IMG/VR virus record: IMGVR_UViG_3300034417_000033
Coordinates: 42,908-106,907 of that record
DNA length: 64,000 nucleotides
Strand: one strand, 5' to 3'
Source: a virus
Part shown: positions 10,000 through 19,695 of the stretch, in pieces
How the letters are laid out: every line of letters begins with the position of its first letter
Numbering within the stretch: the stretch's first letter is position 1
Program-made: the position numbers and the translations under genes
Notes under the pieces: model-generated
What the model was told of the DNA's origin: nothing
The model's database searches: none
What the model saw: only the letters and a program-made list of their open reading frames with translations

Positions 10000-11298
10000 T
10001 TATTTTCTAGACTTAAGACGTTTAGCTTGTGCAATAAGATTTTTTGTTTCTAAAATTTTACGCTTTAAATCAGCTTCCTTGGATTCTTTTGTTGCACGTC
10101 CCAATGGCTCTTCTTCAGGACCAGCAGCAGCAATGTCGCCACCGAAAGCGTCACCTGCTAAGTCTTCAACATCGTTGCCCAGCTCGTCGTCAACACCCAT
10201 ATCGCCCATATCGTTAAAATCTTCACCGCCGCCGATCTCGGCGTCCATATCTGTTTCAGCATCCATTCCACCACCAGTGGAAATGCTTGTTACAGATGCA
10301 TCAATTTTATCTTTAGTAGAACGCAGATTTCCAAGAACGTTTTCAAGTTCGCTTTGCATTGTAGTTTGAAACGATGCCGCAACGTCTTGACCGTATGCTT
10401 GACGCATTTGATCGGAAACTGGAGGAAGATCTTCGTTCATAAGTCTGCCTACTTTTTCGATCATATCTTGCAATTCTTGACTGAAGCCTTTAGCAGCAAT
10501 AATAACTTCTGCTTGCTCAACTTCGCTTTCTAGAAGAGCACGTAATTGTTTTACAAAATTTTCTTTCATTTGTGTGGTCCCTTTTTTTCTAAGAAGTGCT
10601 TGTTTGCCATGTGGGTATGATACTTTTCCGTCATGGTCGTGATTATGGTTATTTTGTGGGGAGTCAACTGTGATGTTGTCCCAATCTATTCCTGAGCTGC
10701 TTTTAGGGCCCGCTTTAATGAATTGGGATGCTCTTTCTCTAGCTGCTGGATCAGCAATATCACGCCCTGTTTTATCTAAATTGGCGTTGTATGCTTCATC
10801 TACTTCTGGCTCAAGCAATTGATTGCCAATGTTCGGCAACAGTTCTTGCACTTTGTTTTTCAAATCATATTCGATTTCGTAATCTGGGAATCTATACTTG
10901 CTGGAACGGTAATGTTTCATGGCATGTTTGATTGCCTCTTCTTCATCATCGCCAACTTCTACATTCTGCACAACAAAGTTAGCCAAGTTATCAATAACTT
11001 TAGTATATACTCTGCTTGCTGGGCCTACGCTTCCAGATTCGTTTAATTGCTTCTTGCCGGATATAAGAAGATTTACACCTTCCAGCATAAGCAATTGCTT
11101 AACAAGCTCCGGATCTTTTGGAGACATGTTTTCCTTAATTTTTAAGGTCATGACATTTTTCTTAATGTCACTTTTAATGTTGTTAAGATCTTCAACAGAA
11201 ACTTCAGAATCAAGTGTAAACCCAAAGTTCTCTCTCAAAAACGAGTTGATTTTACCCAACTTAGTGTCTCTGTTAAAATCAAAATCCTGTAAAAGCAT
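10000..11298 (-). CDS. putative prohead core/scaffold-like protein
   Basis: Acidic coiled-coil protein, multiple LxE-type sites, late promoter upstream. Confidence 0.5.
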   Translation of the reverse strand: MLLQDFDFNRDTKLGKINSFLRENFGFTLDSEVSVEDLNNIKSDIKKNVMTLKIKENMSPKDPELVKQLLMLEGVNLLISGKKQLNESGSVGPASRVYTKVIDNLANFVVQNVEVGDDEEEAIKHAMKHYRSSKYRFPDYEIEYDLKNKVQELLPNIGNQLLEPEVDEAYNANLDKTGRDIADPAARERASQFIKAGPKSSSGIDWDNITVDSPQNNHNHDHDGKVSYPHGKQALLRKKGTTQMKENFVKQLRALLESEVEQAEVIIAAKGFSQELQDMIEKVGRLMNEDLPPVSDQMRQAYGQDVAASFQTTMQSELENVLGNLRSTKDKIDASVTSISTGGGMDAETDMDAEIGGGEDFNDMGDMGVDDELGNDVEDLAGDAFGGDIAAAGPEEEPLGRATKESKEADLKRKILETKNLIAQAKRLKSRK

Positions 11299-11346
11299 AG
11301 TTAAAATTCCTTTAAATTCTTTCTATTATTTATCATATTTCTGTAG

Positions 11347-11790
11347 TTAAACAGAAATTTTCTTCGACTGTATTTTTCGACGCAATCTTTCCATTGCATC
11401 CATTGCAACTAGTATCCTATCTTCTAACACAAGGTATCTTTCTACATCCTTTTTATCCAATGCAAACGACGCATTGTGTTTATAGAACTTTAAATCTTCC
11501 TTATGCTTTGCAAACTGTGTATCTAACTCCAACAATGCTGGGATATCAAAATATTTCTTTTTAATCACTCTACCATATATCATAAGTGCTGAATCATATA
11601 GAAAAATATCAGAATACAATATCTTTCCAGAAACAACACTGTATAAGCCAGTGGTTCGACGTATTAATGAACATGTTCCAGATTGTTGGAGAATTTCATC
11701 TACTAATGCTGCGGCGTTTATTTTTTTAGCAGCAAGTTCTACGGCCTTCTCTAATGTGTCTATAGCTTTCTTTCTTTTATTTTTATTCAT
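11347..11790 (-). CDS. hypothetical protein
   Basis: Coupled ORF in operon. Confidence 0.6.
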   Translation of the reverse strand: MNKNKRKKAIDTLEKAVELAAKKINAAALVDEILQQSGTCSLIRRTTGLYSVVSGKILYSDIFLYDSALMIYGRVIKKKYFDIPALLELDTQFAKHKEDLKFYKHNASFALDKKDVERYLVLEDRILVAMDAMERLRRKIQSKKISV

Positions 11791-12481
11791 GTCTGGGCTT
11801 TGGGCCCGGTTTTTTATTTGGTTTCAGTTTTCGTAGCTTATTCTTTAATTCATTTTTTGGCATAACTGCGCCAGCAATGGATGCAGAATGTAATACACCA
11901 AATGTAGATTCTTCAACTCCCAAAGGAGATGATTTATCTTCTATGCCTGCGAGCTGTTTAATTCTCTGTATTTCTTTTTCAGCAGCAGCTTTATTTGGTA
12001 CTTGAGGTGTATTAGTGGCAACAATTTGTTCGGGCCCATTCGTTCTGTAAGTTGTTGCTCCAGCTATATTGTTAACGTTTTTGACGGTAACTTCCTTTGA
12101 TTGACCTTTATTTTGTTTTGGTATTCTAACTTTGTCGCCAGCATGTAACTTAGTTAAATCTATTTCTTGGTTACCAGGAGTTGTTGGATTGGCTGGCTTG
12201 CTGGCAGCGTTTAGTGACGCATTTCCAGATTGTGCAGCAGGATCAGGCTGCATAGATTGTTGTGCAGTTGCATACGAGTTTGCACCTTCCTCTGTTTTTC
12301 TAGGAATGTCTGATACTCCTAAAATGTTTGCAACAGTCTGAAGGTCATCAGCATTTATTGCTTTTTCAACATTTACATAGTCACTAAAACTCAACTGACG
12401 TACTAGTTCCTTTGCTACATCAGTGTCCATTCCTAATCTAGACGACAGTGTATATTCTAACCCTTCTGACAATTTTCTCAT
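11783..12481 (-). CDS. hypothetical protein with RIKQLAGI motif (putative head protein)
   Basis: Shares the xxRxKxLAGI motif with 30084..32603. Confidence 0.6.
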   Translation of the reverse strand: MRKLSEGLEYTLSSRLGMDTDVAKELVRQLSFSDYVNVEKAINADDLQTVANILGVSDIPRKTEEGANSYATAQQSMQPDPAAQSGNASLNAASKPANPTTPGNQEIDLTKLHAGDKVRIPKQNKGQSKEVTVKNVNNIAGATTYRTNGPEQIVATNTPQVPNKAAAEKEIQRIKQLAGIEDKSSPLGVEESTFGVLHSASIAGAVMPKNELKNKLRKLKPNKKPGPKPRHE

Positions 12482-12927
12482 TTATTAACCTTTATAAACT
12501 CCACGTTTTTGTTTTCACCCACTGTATTTATCACAGATCCGTTTGGCAAAACAATCCCATGAAGTTCTTTGATTAACAGCCCTACTGGGTCTGAATCATC
12601 TTCAAAAGAGTATTCGTCCTCTACTGCAAACTCCCATATGAACCCCTCACCATCTAGTGTGGGAGAACCCATTAGTTTTAAATCCACAGTCACTTTAGGC
12701 TCCATCATTACATATGGCATAGACCTAAGAGCAATACTTTGCAACAGTAGTTCAAAGTTTTTTTGACTCTCGTCCTGTATGCTGCCAGTTGTCAGAATAT
12801 AGATCCCAGTTGCATCTTCCGGGTATGTTACTGCTTTGGGTGACGAAGCATACATTTTAAAATGCCCAAGACTTTCCACTGATGAGTTGAATTGAGCTTT
12901 TGCGCTTCCGTTAATTCTGTCAGGCAT
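12478..12927 (-). CDS. hypothetical protein
   Basis: Coupled ORF with RBS. Confidence 0.6.
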   Translation of the reverse strand: MPDRINGSAKAQFNSSVESLGHFKMYASSPKAVTYPEDATGIYILTTGSIQDESQKNFELLLQSIALRSMPYVMMEPKVTVDLKLMGSPTLDGEGFIWEFAVEDEYSFEDDSDPVGLLIKELHGIVLPNGSVINTVGENKNVEFIKVNK

Positions 12928-12936
12928 TGCCTATCC

Positions 12937-14331
12937 TTATTTTTCTAATTTCTTTAAAATGCTTTGTAAGTCACTGCCTCTACTCAGCACACTTTTTTCT
13001 TCTTTCTTTTTCTCTGGACTCACAACACTTTTTTGTTTCAAAGTATTTAGAATATTGGAAGTTTGTGCACCAATTGATGTTTCTTCACCCTCTTCCAAAT
13101 CTAAGATCCTTAAGGACTTTGTGTTAAACTTCAAGTCTACTTTAGATCCAACACCAGAAGACGACCGCGTTTTCATAAACTGTATTTGGTATCTTCCTTG
13201 TTCTTTCATAGACGAAGTAACAAAAATACCAATAACATTATCCGCTGTGTTGATTTTGGAAATACCACCAGAGATGTGTGAGTGATCAAATTCTACTTCT
13301 TCATGAGACGATCTGTTTAACTGCGATGCTGTTACAAACAATACATTTAGATCTACTGCTAGGTCACGCAAGTTCTCACTTACATACTTATCTTTGACGA
13401 ACAGGTCACTCGGTGAAACTTTGACATTCGTTGGCATACATAAGTCCAAATAGTCGAGTAGGATTGCATCTACCTTAACGCCTGTTTGGATTTCATATTC
13501 TTTAATGTAGGCCTTAATGTCGTTTGCTGTACAACCGTTTTTAAGCTGTTTAATACGCAACGAGCCTTTATTTTTCTTTGCCGCGACTCTGATCTTGAAA
13601 TCAACATCAGTTCTATTCTTCATTACTTCTTGTGTTGCATACCCAGTGAACATGGCGTCGATACGCATGGCACAAAGGACTTCACTTAATTCCAAACTAA
13701 GGTAAACTACGTTCAGACCCATATCAGACCAGTTAACTGCAAAATTCTGCAAGAACAAAGATTTACCAGCACCTGACTGTCCGCAGAAGATTGTCAATTC
13801 CCCTCTGTTCAATCCACCATATAGCTTTTGGTCAATTGATTTATATCCGGTGCTAATTGTATTTTTACTGTTGGCCATTTTATCCAAACGACCTAACGGA
13901 TCAGCAAAATAGTCTGTACCTAAATCTTTAACAAGACCAATAGAAACAGCGTCTTTAACTTGCTTTTCAACTTCCCCGTATCTCCCTTCCATTAACAAGT
14001 CTGGAGATTTATAAATCACATGTTCTAATTGCCGGTACCTTGCAAACTCTTCGTATTCCTTTAAAAACCAATCCTTATGTCCGTCGTTTACGCTATCTAA
14101 TATTGATACTTCTTTTCCTGTGGTTGCTTTTATCTGCTGTATTAGCGGCAGTGTTCCAAACTCGTTTGCATGTTCTAGAATAAACGCAACTGCTTTTTTA
14201 TTTTTATTATCATGAAAGTGGCTTGGGTCAATTACCCCCATACACCTAACAAATAACTCCGGTTCTGTTACGAAGAAGTTTACAAACACATCCTCGATTT
14301 CCTTCGTATACTCTTTTATATCATTGCTCAT
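12937..14331 (-). CDS. replicative DNA helicase (DnaB/gp41-like)
   Basis: GQSGAGKS Walker A, LSLELSE, LLDYLDL, TASQLNR, KTRSS. Confidence 0.93.
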   Translation of the reverse strand: MSNDIKEYTKEIEDVFVNFFVTEPELFVRCMGVIDPSHFHDNKNKKAVAFILEHANEFGTLPLIQQIKATTGKEVSILDSVNDGHKDWFLKEYEEFARYRQLEHVIYKSPDLLMEGRYGEVEKQVKDAVSIGLVKDLGTDYFADPLGRLDKMANSKNTISTGYKSIDQKLYGGLNRGELTIFCGQSGAGKSLFLQNFAVNWSDMGLNVVYLSLELSEVLCAMRIDAMFTGYATQEVMKNRTDVDFKIRVAAKKNKGSLRIKQLKNGCTANDIKAYIKEYEIQTGVKVDAILLDYLDLCMPTNVKVSPSDLFVKDKYVSENLRDLAVDLNVLFVTASQLNRSSHEEVEFDHSHISGGISKINTADNVIGIFVTSSMKEQGRYQIQFMKTRSSSGVGSKVDLKFNTKSLRILDLEEGEETSIGAQTSNILNTLKQKSVVSPEKKKEEKSVLSRGSDLQSILKKLEK

Positions 14332-15334
14332 TATAGTTGTCCATTTTCCTTAGAATATTTATTTTTAATGGATTTGTCTCTATCGACGACAAGATGGAAT
14401 GCAATGTAATCAGTCTGCCATACACCTGGCATGCCTGTCCAGCGTCTTTAATATTATTCGCCCATTTTGGAAAAGCGACTGCCCATTTATTTTCTATTGC
14501 AACTGCAACTAGTGGGTCGCCATCCTTATCCCTGTCCGGACATACAACAATTTGTTTATTTAGAGAATTTATAATATCTATTTGGGTTTTATTTATAGTT
14601 CCTAAACTAGAAACCCCATCTGTTAAGTATGCGTCTAACACACCTTCATTTACAATGCAGTATTTTCTGTCATCCTTCTGCTTGTCTAAATTATAAACAT
14701 AATTGTCCGGCATCGTATTTATGTACCGGCGTATGGTTTTATTATGAACATCCTTATAATATCTACCAGTGTTGCCTACAAGTTTGCCATTATAATAAAA
14801 CGGTATTATTATTCGTTTGCATTGCTGCAATTCTTTTTTAGGACTCCAGTAGATATCACCTAAGGACAAATGTCTCTCGTTTGCATATTTCACAGCCTGC
14901 AAATAATCCATATCTGTGCATCCTTCCCAGCTAGACAAAGGCAGAGAATCCTCCGGAAGTTCAATCTCTTTCCATTTGTCAAATACATTTCCGGCTAAGA
15001 CAGGAGAAGCAAATATTTGGCCTGCTTCCTTTTCCCTAAAAGATTGGAATTTTAATTTGTTTACATCAGCCTTTGGCATGCCGATCGCAGTAAGGAACCA
15101 ACAGAAATCTTTACTCAGTTCTGTTCCCACTGTCCACAGTGCATGAAATTGGCAATTGAAACAATTTATTCCTATGCCGTCGGGCGACAGCTTGACTCCG
15201 AATCTGCCCTTCTTATCCTGAGTGTAGCCACGCTGGACACAAAGTGGGCAGTTTCTAGTTTTCCAACCTTTTCTGGAGTTCTTTAAATTAGGAAGATAAT
15301 TTGTTATTGTTTGTTCTAATACTTCCGCTAACAT
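14321..15334 (-). CDS. DNA primase (gp61-like)
   Basis: CPLC...CFNC zinc finger, RIIIPF, EGVLDA and DRDKDG Toprim motifs. Confidence 0.9.
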   Translation of the reverse strand: MLAEVLEQTITNYLPNLKNSRKGWKTRNCPLCVQRGYTQDKKGRFGVKLSPDGIGINCFNCQFHALWTVGTELSKDFCWFLTAIGMPKADVNKLKFQSFREKEAGQIFASPVLAGNVFDKWKEIELPEDSLPLSSWEGCTDMDYLQAVKYANERHLSLGDIYWSPKKELQQCKRIIIPFYYNGKLVGNTGRYYKDVHNKTIRRYINTMPDNYVYNLDKQKDDRKYCIVNEGVLDAYLTDGVSSLGTINKTQIDIINSLNKQIVVCPDRDKDGDPLVAVAIENKWAVAFPKWANNIKDAGQACQVYGRLITLHSILSSIETNPLKINILRKMDNYNEQ

Positions 15335-15340
15335 GTTGCA

Positions 15341-15369
15341 ATTATAGCAAATTGTTATATAATTGTCAA
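15341..15369 (-). promoter_or_regulatory. sigma70-type promoter (probably leaderless primase transcript)
   Basis: Perfect TTGACA-17-TATAAT; ATG 7 nt below the -10 box. Confidence 0.85.
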
Positions 15370-16247
15370 GCCCTTAAATAAACTTTTACAATTGGCGTGT
15401 TATCTTCTTTTAATGATGATGGACGCTCGTAAGCATTAAGAATAGGTGAATCTGGTCTCCAAGAAAATTTAAGCCATCTGACATTAGCACTAAAAGTATA
15501 ATACTTAAATGAAGTCTCGTGTACAAAAGGATGCTCTACGCCATCGCCCATATAATCAATCTTAAAAAATTCATTCGGATCGACAGGAGCCACGGTTTCT
15601 AAACTTCCCATTAAATAAAACTTGCCAGAGAAGTCACGCATATTCACAGCAAAAGTGTGGGAAGCATGAATGTTGTTTTTTATTCTGTTTGCTTGGAATG
15701 CAGAACTGTAATACACATTAGCTGGCATGTCATCCCAAATTTCCATCTGGGAAACCCAATCGCTGTACCCAACTTCTTTTGTTGGTGCGGGAGTCATATC
15801 TACTGCGGGCATTATTTCCACTGTCATGGATATATGTGCAGACAAGTCTGTGTATAGTGGAGTTGTTGGAGTATCGTATTCATCCGAAGTATTTCCAGCA
15901 ACAAAGAAGTTGTAAAAGCCAGGGGCAATGTCGGCAATCTCACGCTCAAGAATATCTAAAGAAAATAATCCCTTAGTTGATGTCGTGAGTTTTGCTTTTT
16001 TCTGCAATACTCGCTCTTGATTTTCGACAGACACCATAGTAGCAACAAGATTGAATTGGTCTATCTTTGTTTTCTTTCGATCGGAGTCATACACAATAAA
16101 ATTAATTTTATTATCAACACCTTTGTAAATGCGTATAGTATTATCGTTCATAGGCCTGTTGTCGGTTGTATTACAAGAGCAGGTTATCACATCATCCTCT
16201 AAAAGAAGGGTGATTAGCTGATTGTAAAGGTATAGTGTGTGAATCAT
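15366..16247 (-). CDS. putative virion structural protein
   Basis: Beta-rich; late promoter-like GGTAAATA at 16253-16260. Confidence 0.55.
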   Translation of the reverse strand: MIHTLYLYNQLITLLLEDDVITCSCNTTDNRPMNDNTIRIYKGVDNKINFIVYDSDRKKTKIDQFNLVATMVSVENQERVLQKKAKLTTSTKGLFSLDILEREIADIAPGFYNFFVAGNTSDEYDTPTTPLYTDLSAHISMTVEIMPAVDMTPAPTKEVGYSDWVSQMEIWDDMPANVYYSSAFQANRIKNNIHASHTFAVNMRDFSGKFYLMGSLETVAPVDPNEFFKIDYMGDGVEHPFVHETSFKYYTFSANVRWLKFSWRPDSPILNAYERPSSLKEDNTPIVKVYLRA

Positions 16248-16304
16248 ACCAGTATTTACCTTTTTTTAATCAACAAATCATTTTCATCTGATAAATAAAA
16301 AGCC

Positions 16305-16673
16305 ATGGATGAAAATGATATCAAACAAAATTTTCCGTTCCTCACTATTCTGAAACATCAGATAAAGGAGTACATCTGTATCGTTCAGAATTCAGATGAA
16401 AACATAATCAGCTTCTATGATTTTAATTCTATTAAAACTCAAGCAGAAAAAGAAATATTCCTACAACTAGGGGATACTTGGTGGTGGGAGTCTAATAGGA
16501 TGTTACCTATATCAGTATTCCTCCCAAATCAAATGAAGACCTTCCAATACTGCTTAAAAACCATTCTTAGAAAAGATGCAGAAGTAGTAGTTGGGCCTTG
16601 CACTTCACTTCAAAACATTATACAGAAAAGAATCAAGCGTCGGCAGATATCTTTAATCAGGAAGATCGTTTAG
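16305..16673 (+). CDS. conserved hypothetical protein
   Basis: One of only two credible plus-strand genes; GATAAATA at 16290-16297; WWWESNRMLPI motif. Confidence 0.75.
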   Translation: MDENDIKQNFPFLTILKHQIKEYICIVQNSDENIISFYDFNSIKTQAEKEIFLQLGDTWWWESNRMLPISVFLPNQMKTFQYCLKTILRKDAEVVVGPCTSLQNIIQKRIKRRQISLIRKIV

Positions 16674-17243
16674 AAGATTAAGATGCACGCCTACCAAGTG
16701 TGCATACGAAATCGAATGCGCCATTTTGAAATAGTAGCTTCCGTCTGTCGGTTTATCCCAAACAGTTTTGGCAACTTCGTCCCACTTCTTACCAACTAAA
16801 TGCCTTTTGCCTGGCCTAATTACAGCAAGAAACATTGCGACCTTTTCAAACGTATCAACTGCTTCTGGCATTTCTAACAATAAATCATAGTGGTTTGCAA
16901 TATGAACTAACTGTTCGCATACTGCCCTATCATAAATCAATGCCCAATTGGGCTCTACCATGAGAGCATCGAGGTGCTCTTCATCACGAACTAGCTCATA
17001 TACTGAGTTGTTTAGTATATCTATTTTAAAATAGCCTAAGTTCGGAGATTCCTTATAATCAATGGTAGCGATATTTGTAAATGGGTTAACAGGTATATTT
17101 TGAAGATATATCCCAGTGTTGTGCTTAACTATTTCTTCGTTACGGTGCATCATAGCAAGCGTATGTGGTAACTTAGAAAGAACCAAGTCTCTGTTTGCTA
17201 CGTCGATATCAATATCAGTGTCAAAATTTATTCTTGTGTCCAT
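16653..17243 (-). CDS. miniature DNA polymerase III alpha (DnaE)-like catalytic core
   Basis: DIDID, KHNTGIY, GYFKIDIL, LAVIRPG, FKMAHSISYA correspond to DnaE motifs. Confidence 0.82.
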   Translation of the reverse strand: MDTRINFDTDIDIDVANRDLVLSKLPHTLAMMHRNEEIVKHNTGIYLQNIPVNPFTNIATIDYKESPNLGYFKIDILNNSVYELVRDEEHLDALMVEPNWALIYDRAVCEQLVHIANHYDLLLEMPEAVDTFEKVAMFLAVIRPGKRHLVGKKWDEVAKTVWDKPTDGSYYFKMAHSISYAHLVGVHLNLLNDLPD

Positions 17244-17530
17244 TTCCTAAATTCGCTCGTGAAATATTCGCCAGTGTATTTTAATTTAAAAGCCAGCTCA
17301 TCTTGTTTGTTGTGAAAATCCACCATACTCAGGAAGTGCAAGTTGCGGACAAAATATTGTGGTATCATAATATCCTCGTCAACAACGGTGTCAGACCATC
17401 GACGGCAAAAGTCCTCAACTTTATCAGCATTGGCATCGCATGGAAAGCCTAGTATGGTAGTAAAAATGCAAAGATTCGTAATAAGGCTCAACATACTCCT
17501 GCTTCGAAAAGCTAAATCTTGATCACCCAT
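17228..17530 (-). CDS. small hypothetical protein (FxxxxDxLxFKLK family)
   Basis: VDFHNKQDELAFKLKY. Confidence 0.6.
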   Translation of the reverse strand: MGDQDLAFRSRSMLSLITNLCIFTTILGFPCDANADKVEDFCRRWSDTVVDEDIMIPQYFVRNLHFLSMVDFHNKQDELAFKLKYTGEYFTSEFRKWTQE

Positions 17531-18243
17531 TATACTCCTGCGGCAGCTAAAATTTCCTTAACAAACTTAGCATCGTCCTGATTCTGTAGGATTTTATTTC
17601 CCCAAAACTCTGGGTTAATAGCACTCTCAATTATAGTCCCTTGTTCTTCGTTCATTCTACCTAGCAATTGCGGGCCAGTGCTGGACAAATACAACACCCA
17701 CGGACTTATCTTTCCTGATTTTATGAGGTGTGTTGCTTCCACTGGATGGCACGCCACAAAGAAATCAGTAAATTCACGCTGATGTGCTGTTGCCCATAAT
17801 TGCATTTCAACAATTGTTCGCTCAACTGCTTTTTCAACCGGCTCTCTTTTGACAAGTTCCGATAGATACGCCTCATACACAATATCGTTACACCACTTAT
17901 CTAGTGGGATGCCCTGTTTAAGAACAAAATCAACAAATTGCTCTGGCATAATTGGATTTAAACCAATCAAATGTCTGCCAAATTTAACAAACGCCGAATA
18001 AAATTGACTATTGATAAAATCCATTTCATTTTTCGGCGTTTTAGACGTAGTAGTTATTTCATAAAACTTTTGAAACACCCTAAAACCAAATCTAGCTCCA
18101 GGTGTGTCCTTATCAGTGTATCTTCTTTTCTTAACGCACATGTGCGCAGACAATGTCTTCTCTGAAGAAAAGCCTTTCTCACAAAATTTGCAAATGTGAT
18201 CTCTATTTGAAAATAACTTTGATTGTTTCTTCGTCATACCCAT
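17530..18243 (-). CDS. zinc-finger-containing hypothetical protein
   Basis: CKFCEKGFSSEKTLSAHMC C2HC/C2H2-like finger; true start may lie slightly downstream. Confidence 0.7.
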   Translation of the reverse strand: MGMTKKQSKLFSNRDHICKFCEKGFSSEKTLSAHMCVKKRRYTDKDTPGARFGFRVFQKFYEITTTSKTPKNEMDFINSQFYSAFVKFGRHLIGLNPIMPEQFVDFVLKQGIPLDKWCNDIVYEAYLSELVKREPVEKAVERTIVEMQLWATAHQREFTDFFVACHPVEATHLIKSGKISPWVLYLSSTGPQLLGRMNEEQGTIIESAINPEFWGNKILQNQDDAKFVKEILAAAGV

Positions 18244-18664
18244 ACGTTCGCGCCAGAGTTTTCAAATCATCAGGTGTGTTTACTGCAATGAATGCGTCAA
18301 TATCATCCAACTTCATTTGCGGATAAAGATCAGACACAAATTCCTGCAATTTGTTTTTCTTCTTGCCCTTTGGAGGCTTCATGAATCTACGGCGTGTGTT
18401 ACGTTCCCCGCATATTGCAATTGTCATCCATGTTAGTTCTGGATGATTCTTTAAATCAGAAAAGTTCTTATTAACGACTGCATTAACTAATGGCACAAAG
18501 TATTCATTATACTCATTAAGTTCACACGATGTTGCCCAGCGCATAGTTAACCAAGGCGAGAACTCTTTCTTCTGCTCTGGTGTTAACTTGCGATAAAACA
18601 GTTTGTCTTTTCTATCTATTGCATTTAACAAATCTTTTAAATCAATTAATGTTTCTTTAGCCAT
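18203..18664 (-). CDS. putative clamp-loader small subunit (gp62-like)
   Basis: FSPWLTMRW...VN...HPEL...RRF.KPPK pattern resembles gp62-like proteins. Confidence 0.5.
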   Translation of the reverse strand: MAKETLIDLKDLLNAIDRKDKLFYRKLTPEQKKEFSPWLTMRWATSCELNEYNEYFVPLVNAVVNKNFSDLKNHPELTWMTIAICGERNTRRRFMKPPKGKKKNKLQEFVSDLYPQMKLDDIDAFIAVNTPDDLKTLARTYGYDEETIKVIFK

Positions 18665-18881
18665 GTTCGTGCCCAGTCCAAGGTATACTTAGTTTATTAC
18701 AAATACTTTCTTCGCCCAGTAATTTTAATACCATCATATCTGCATTATTGAGAAGGACAAAATAAAGTTTGTCCCCATCTATGCCTACTGCTAACACGCC
18801 TGGCAAATTACCCATATATTTTTTAGCTTGCTTGTACCAGCGAAACGATATATTTGTAGTCAGGCGCGTTCTTTTTGCCAT
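18657..18881 (-). CDS. small hypothetical protein
   Basis: Coupled ORF; NNADMMVLKL motif. Confidence 0.55.
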   Translation of the reverse strand: MAKRTRLTTNISFRWYKQAKKYMGNLPGVLAVGIDGDKLYFVLLNNADMMVLKLLGEESICNKLSIPWTGHEHG

Positions 18882-19384
18882 TACTGAAACAGTGTTGCGA
18901 TGTCGATTGGTGTTTGAATCTTAGCACCTTCTTTTACAAACAATGCACACAAGGGTTTTTCTCCGCCTTCGACTGGAACAACAAGAATGTTGCCATTTTT
19001 CAATTTTGGGAAATACCACTTAACATCTGCATATACGTTGGAAATAGTAATTTCTTTGGATGCCGGTACCATATGCTCTAATGGATTAAATAGCAGTGAG
19101 TGAAATCCCCTGTCGTTTAACTTTGTTAGCGGCATAATTTCTAAATCGCCATAATCTTCATCACACACAACAATCGACCAATCTAGTGGCATCTTAATTG
19201 TGTGCTTACCAATCTCTAACACAATCGCTGGAGAATGGAACGACTCCAAGAATATCAAAGGAAGGAAGTAAAAGTCTATGTTGTGTTTATCGGAACAATC
19301 AAGCACACAATATCTTATGTCTTCAATTTCCTCTGGAATGCTATCCAGCTCGTATGGGTTATTTTCTACTGTGAGTATTCTCAA
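18881..19384 (-). CDS. conserved hypothetical protein
   Basis: ORF with RBS; FLPLIFLESF motif. Confidence 0.7.
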   Translation of the reverse strand: MRILTVENNPYELDSIPEEIEDIRYCVLDCSDKHNIDFYFLPLIFLESFHSPAIVLEIGKHTIKMPLDWSIVVCDEDYGDLEIMPLTKLNDRGFHSLLFNPLEHMVPASKEITISNVYADVKWYFPKLKNGNILVVPVEGGEKPLCALFVKEGAKIQTPIDIATLFQ

Positions 19385-19404
19385 AATTTGTCCTATTGTT
19401 ATTA

Positions 19405-19668
19405 TTATTTTGCAATTTGATTTACCTTTCTATTCTCAAATGGTTGTATAACATCTCTAAATAACTTAATATCTAGTTCACCTGCTAAACAGCCCAATAA
19501 AAAAGTTTCTTTATCCGCACACCTAAACACAACATCGAGAAAATACTTACCTCCGCGCTGCTGTCTAACAAGGTCTGCATACGGAATTCTATTTTTTCTT
19601 AACTGCATTTTTAATGCACTTATTGGAAAATCAAAACTGTATGGAATATTCGTTTCGTGTATATACAT
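19405..19668 (-). CDS. small hypothetical protein
   Basis: ORF; start overlaps a sigma70 -10 box. Confidence 0.5.
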   Translation of the reverse strand: MYIHETNIPYSFDFPISALKMQLRKNRIPYADLVRQQRGGKYFLDVVFRCADKETFLLGCLAGELDIKLFRDVIQPFENRKVNQIAK

Positions 19669-19695
19669 TATAGCAGTTCCTTATAAAGATGTCAA
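19667..19695 (-). promoter_or_regulatory. sigma70-type promoter
   Basis: TTGACA-17-TATAAT. Confidence 0.75.
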
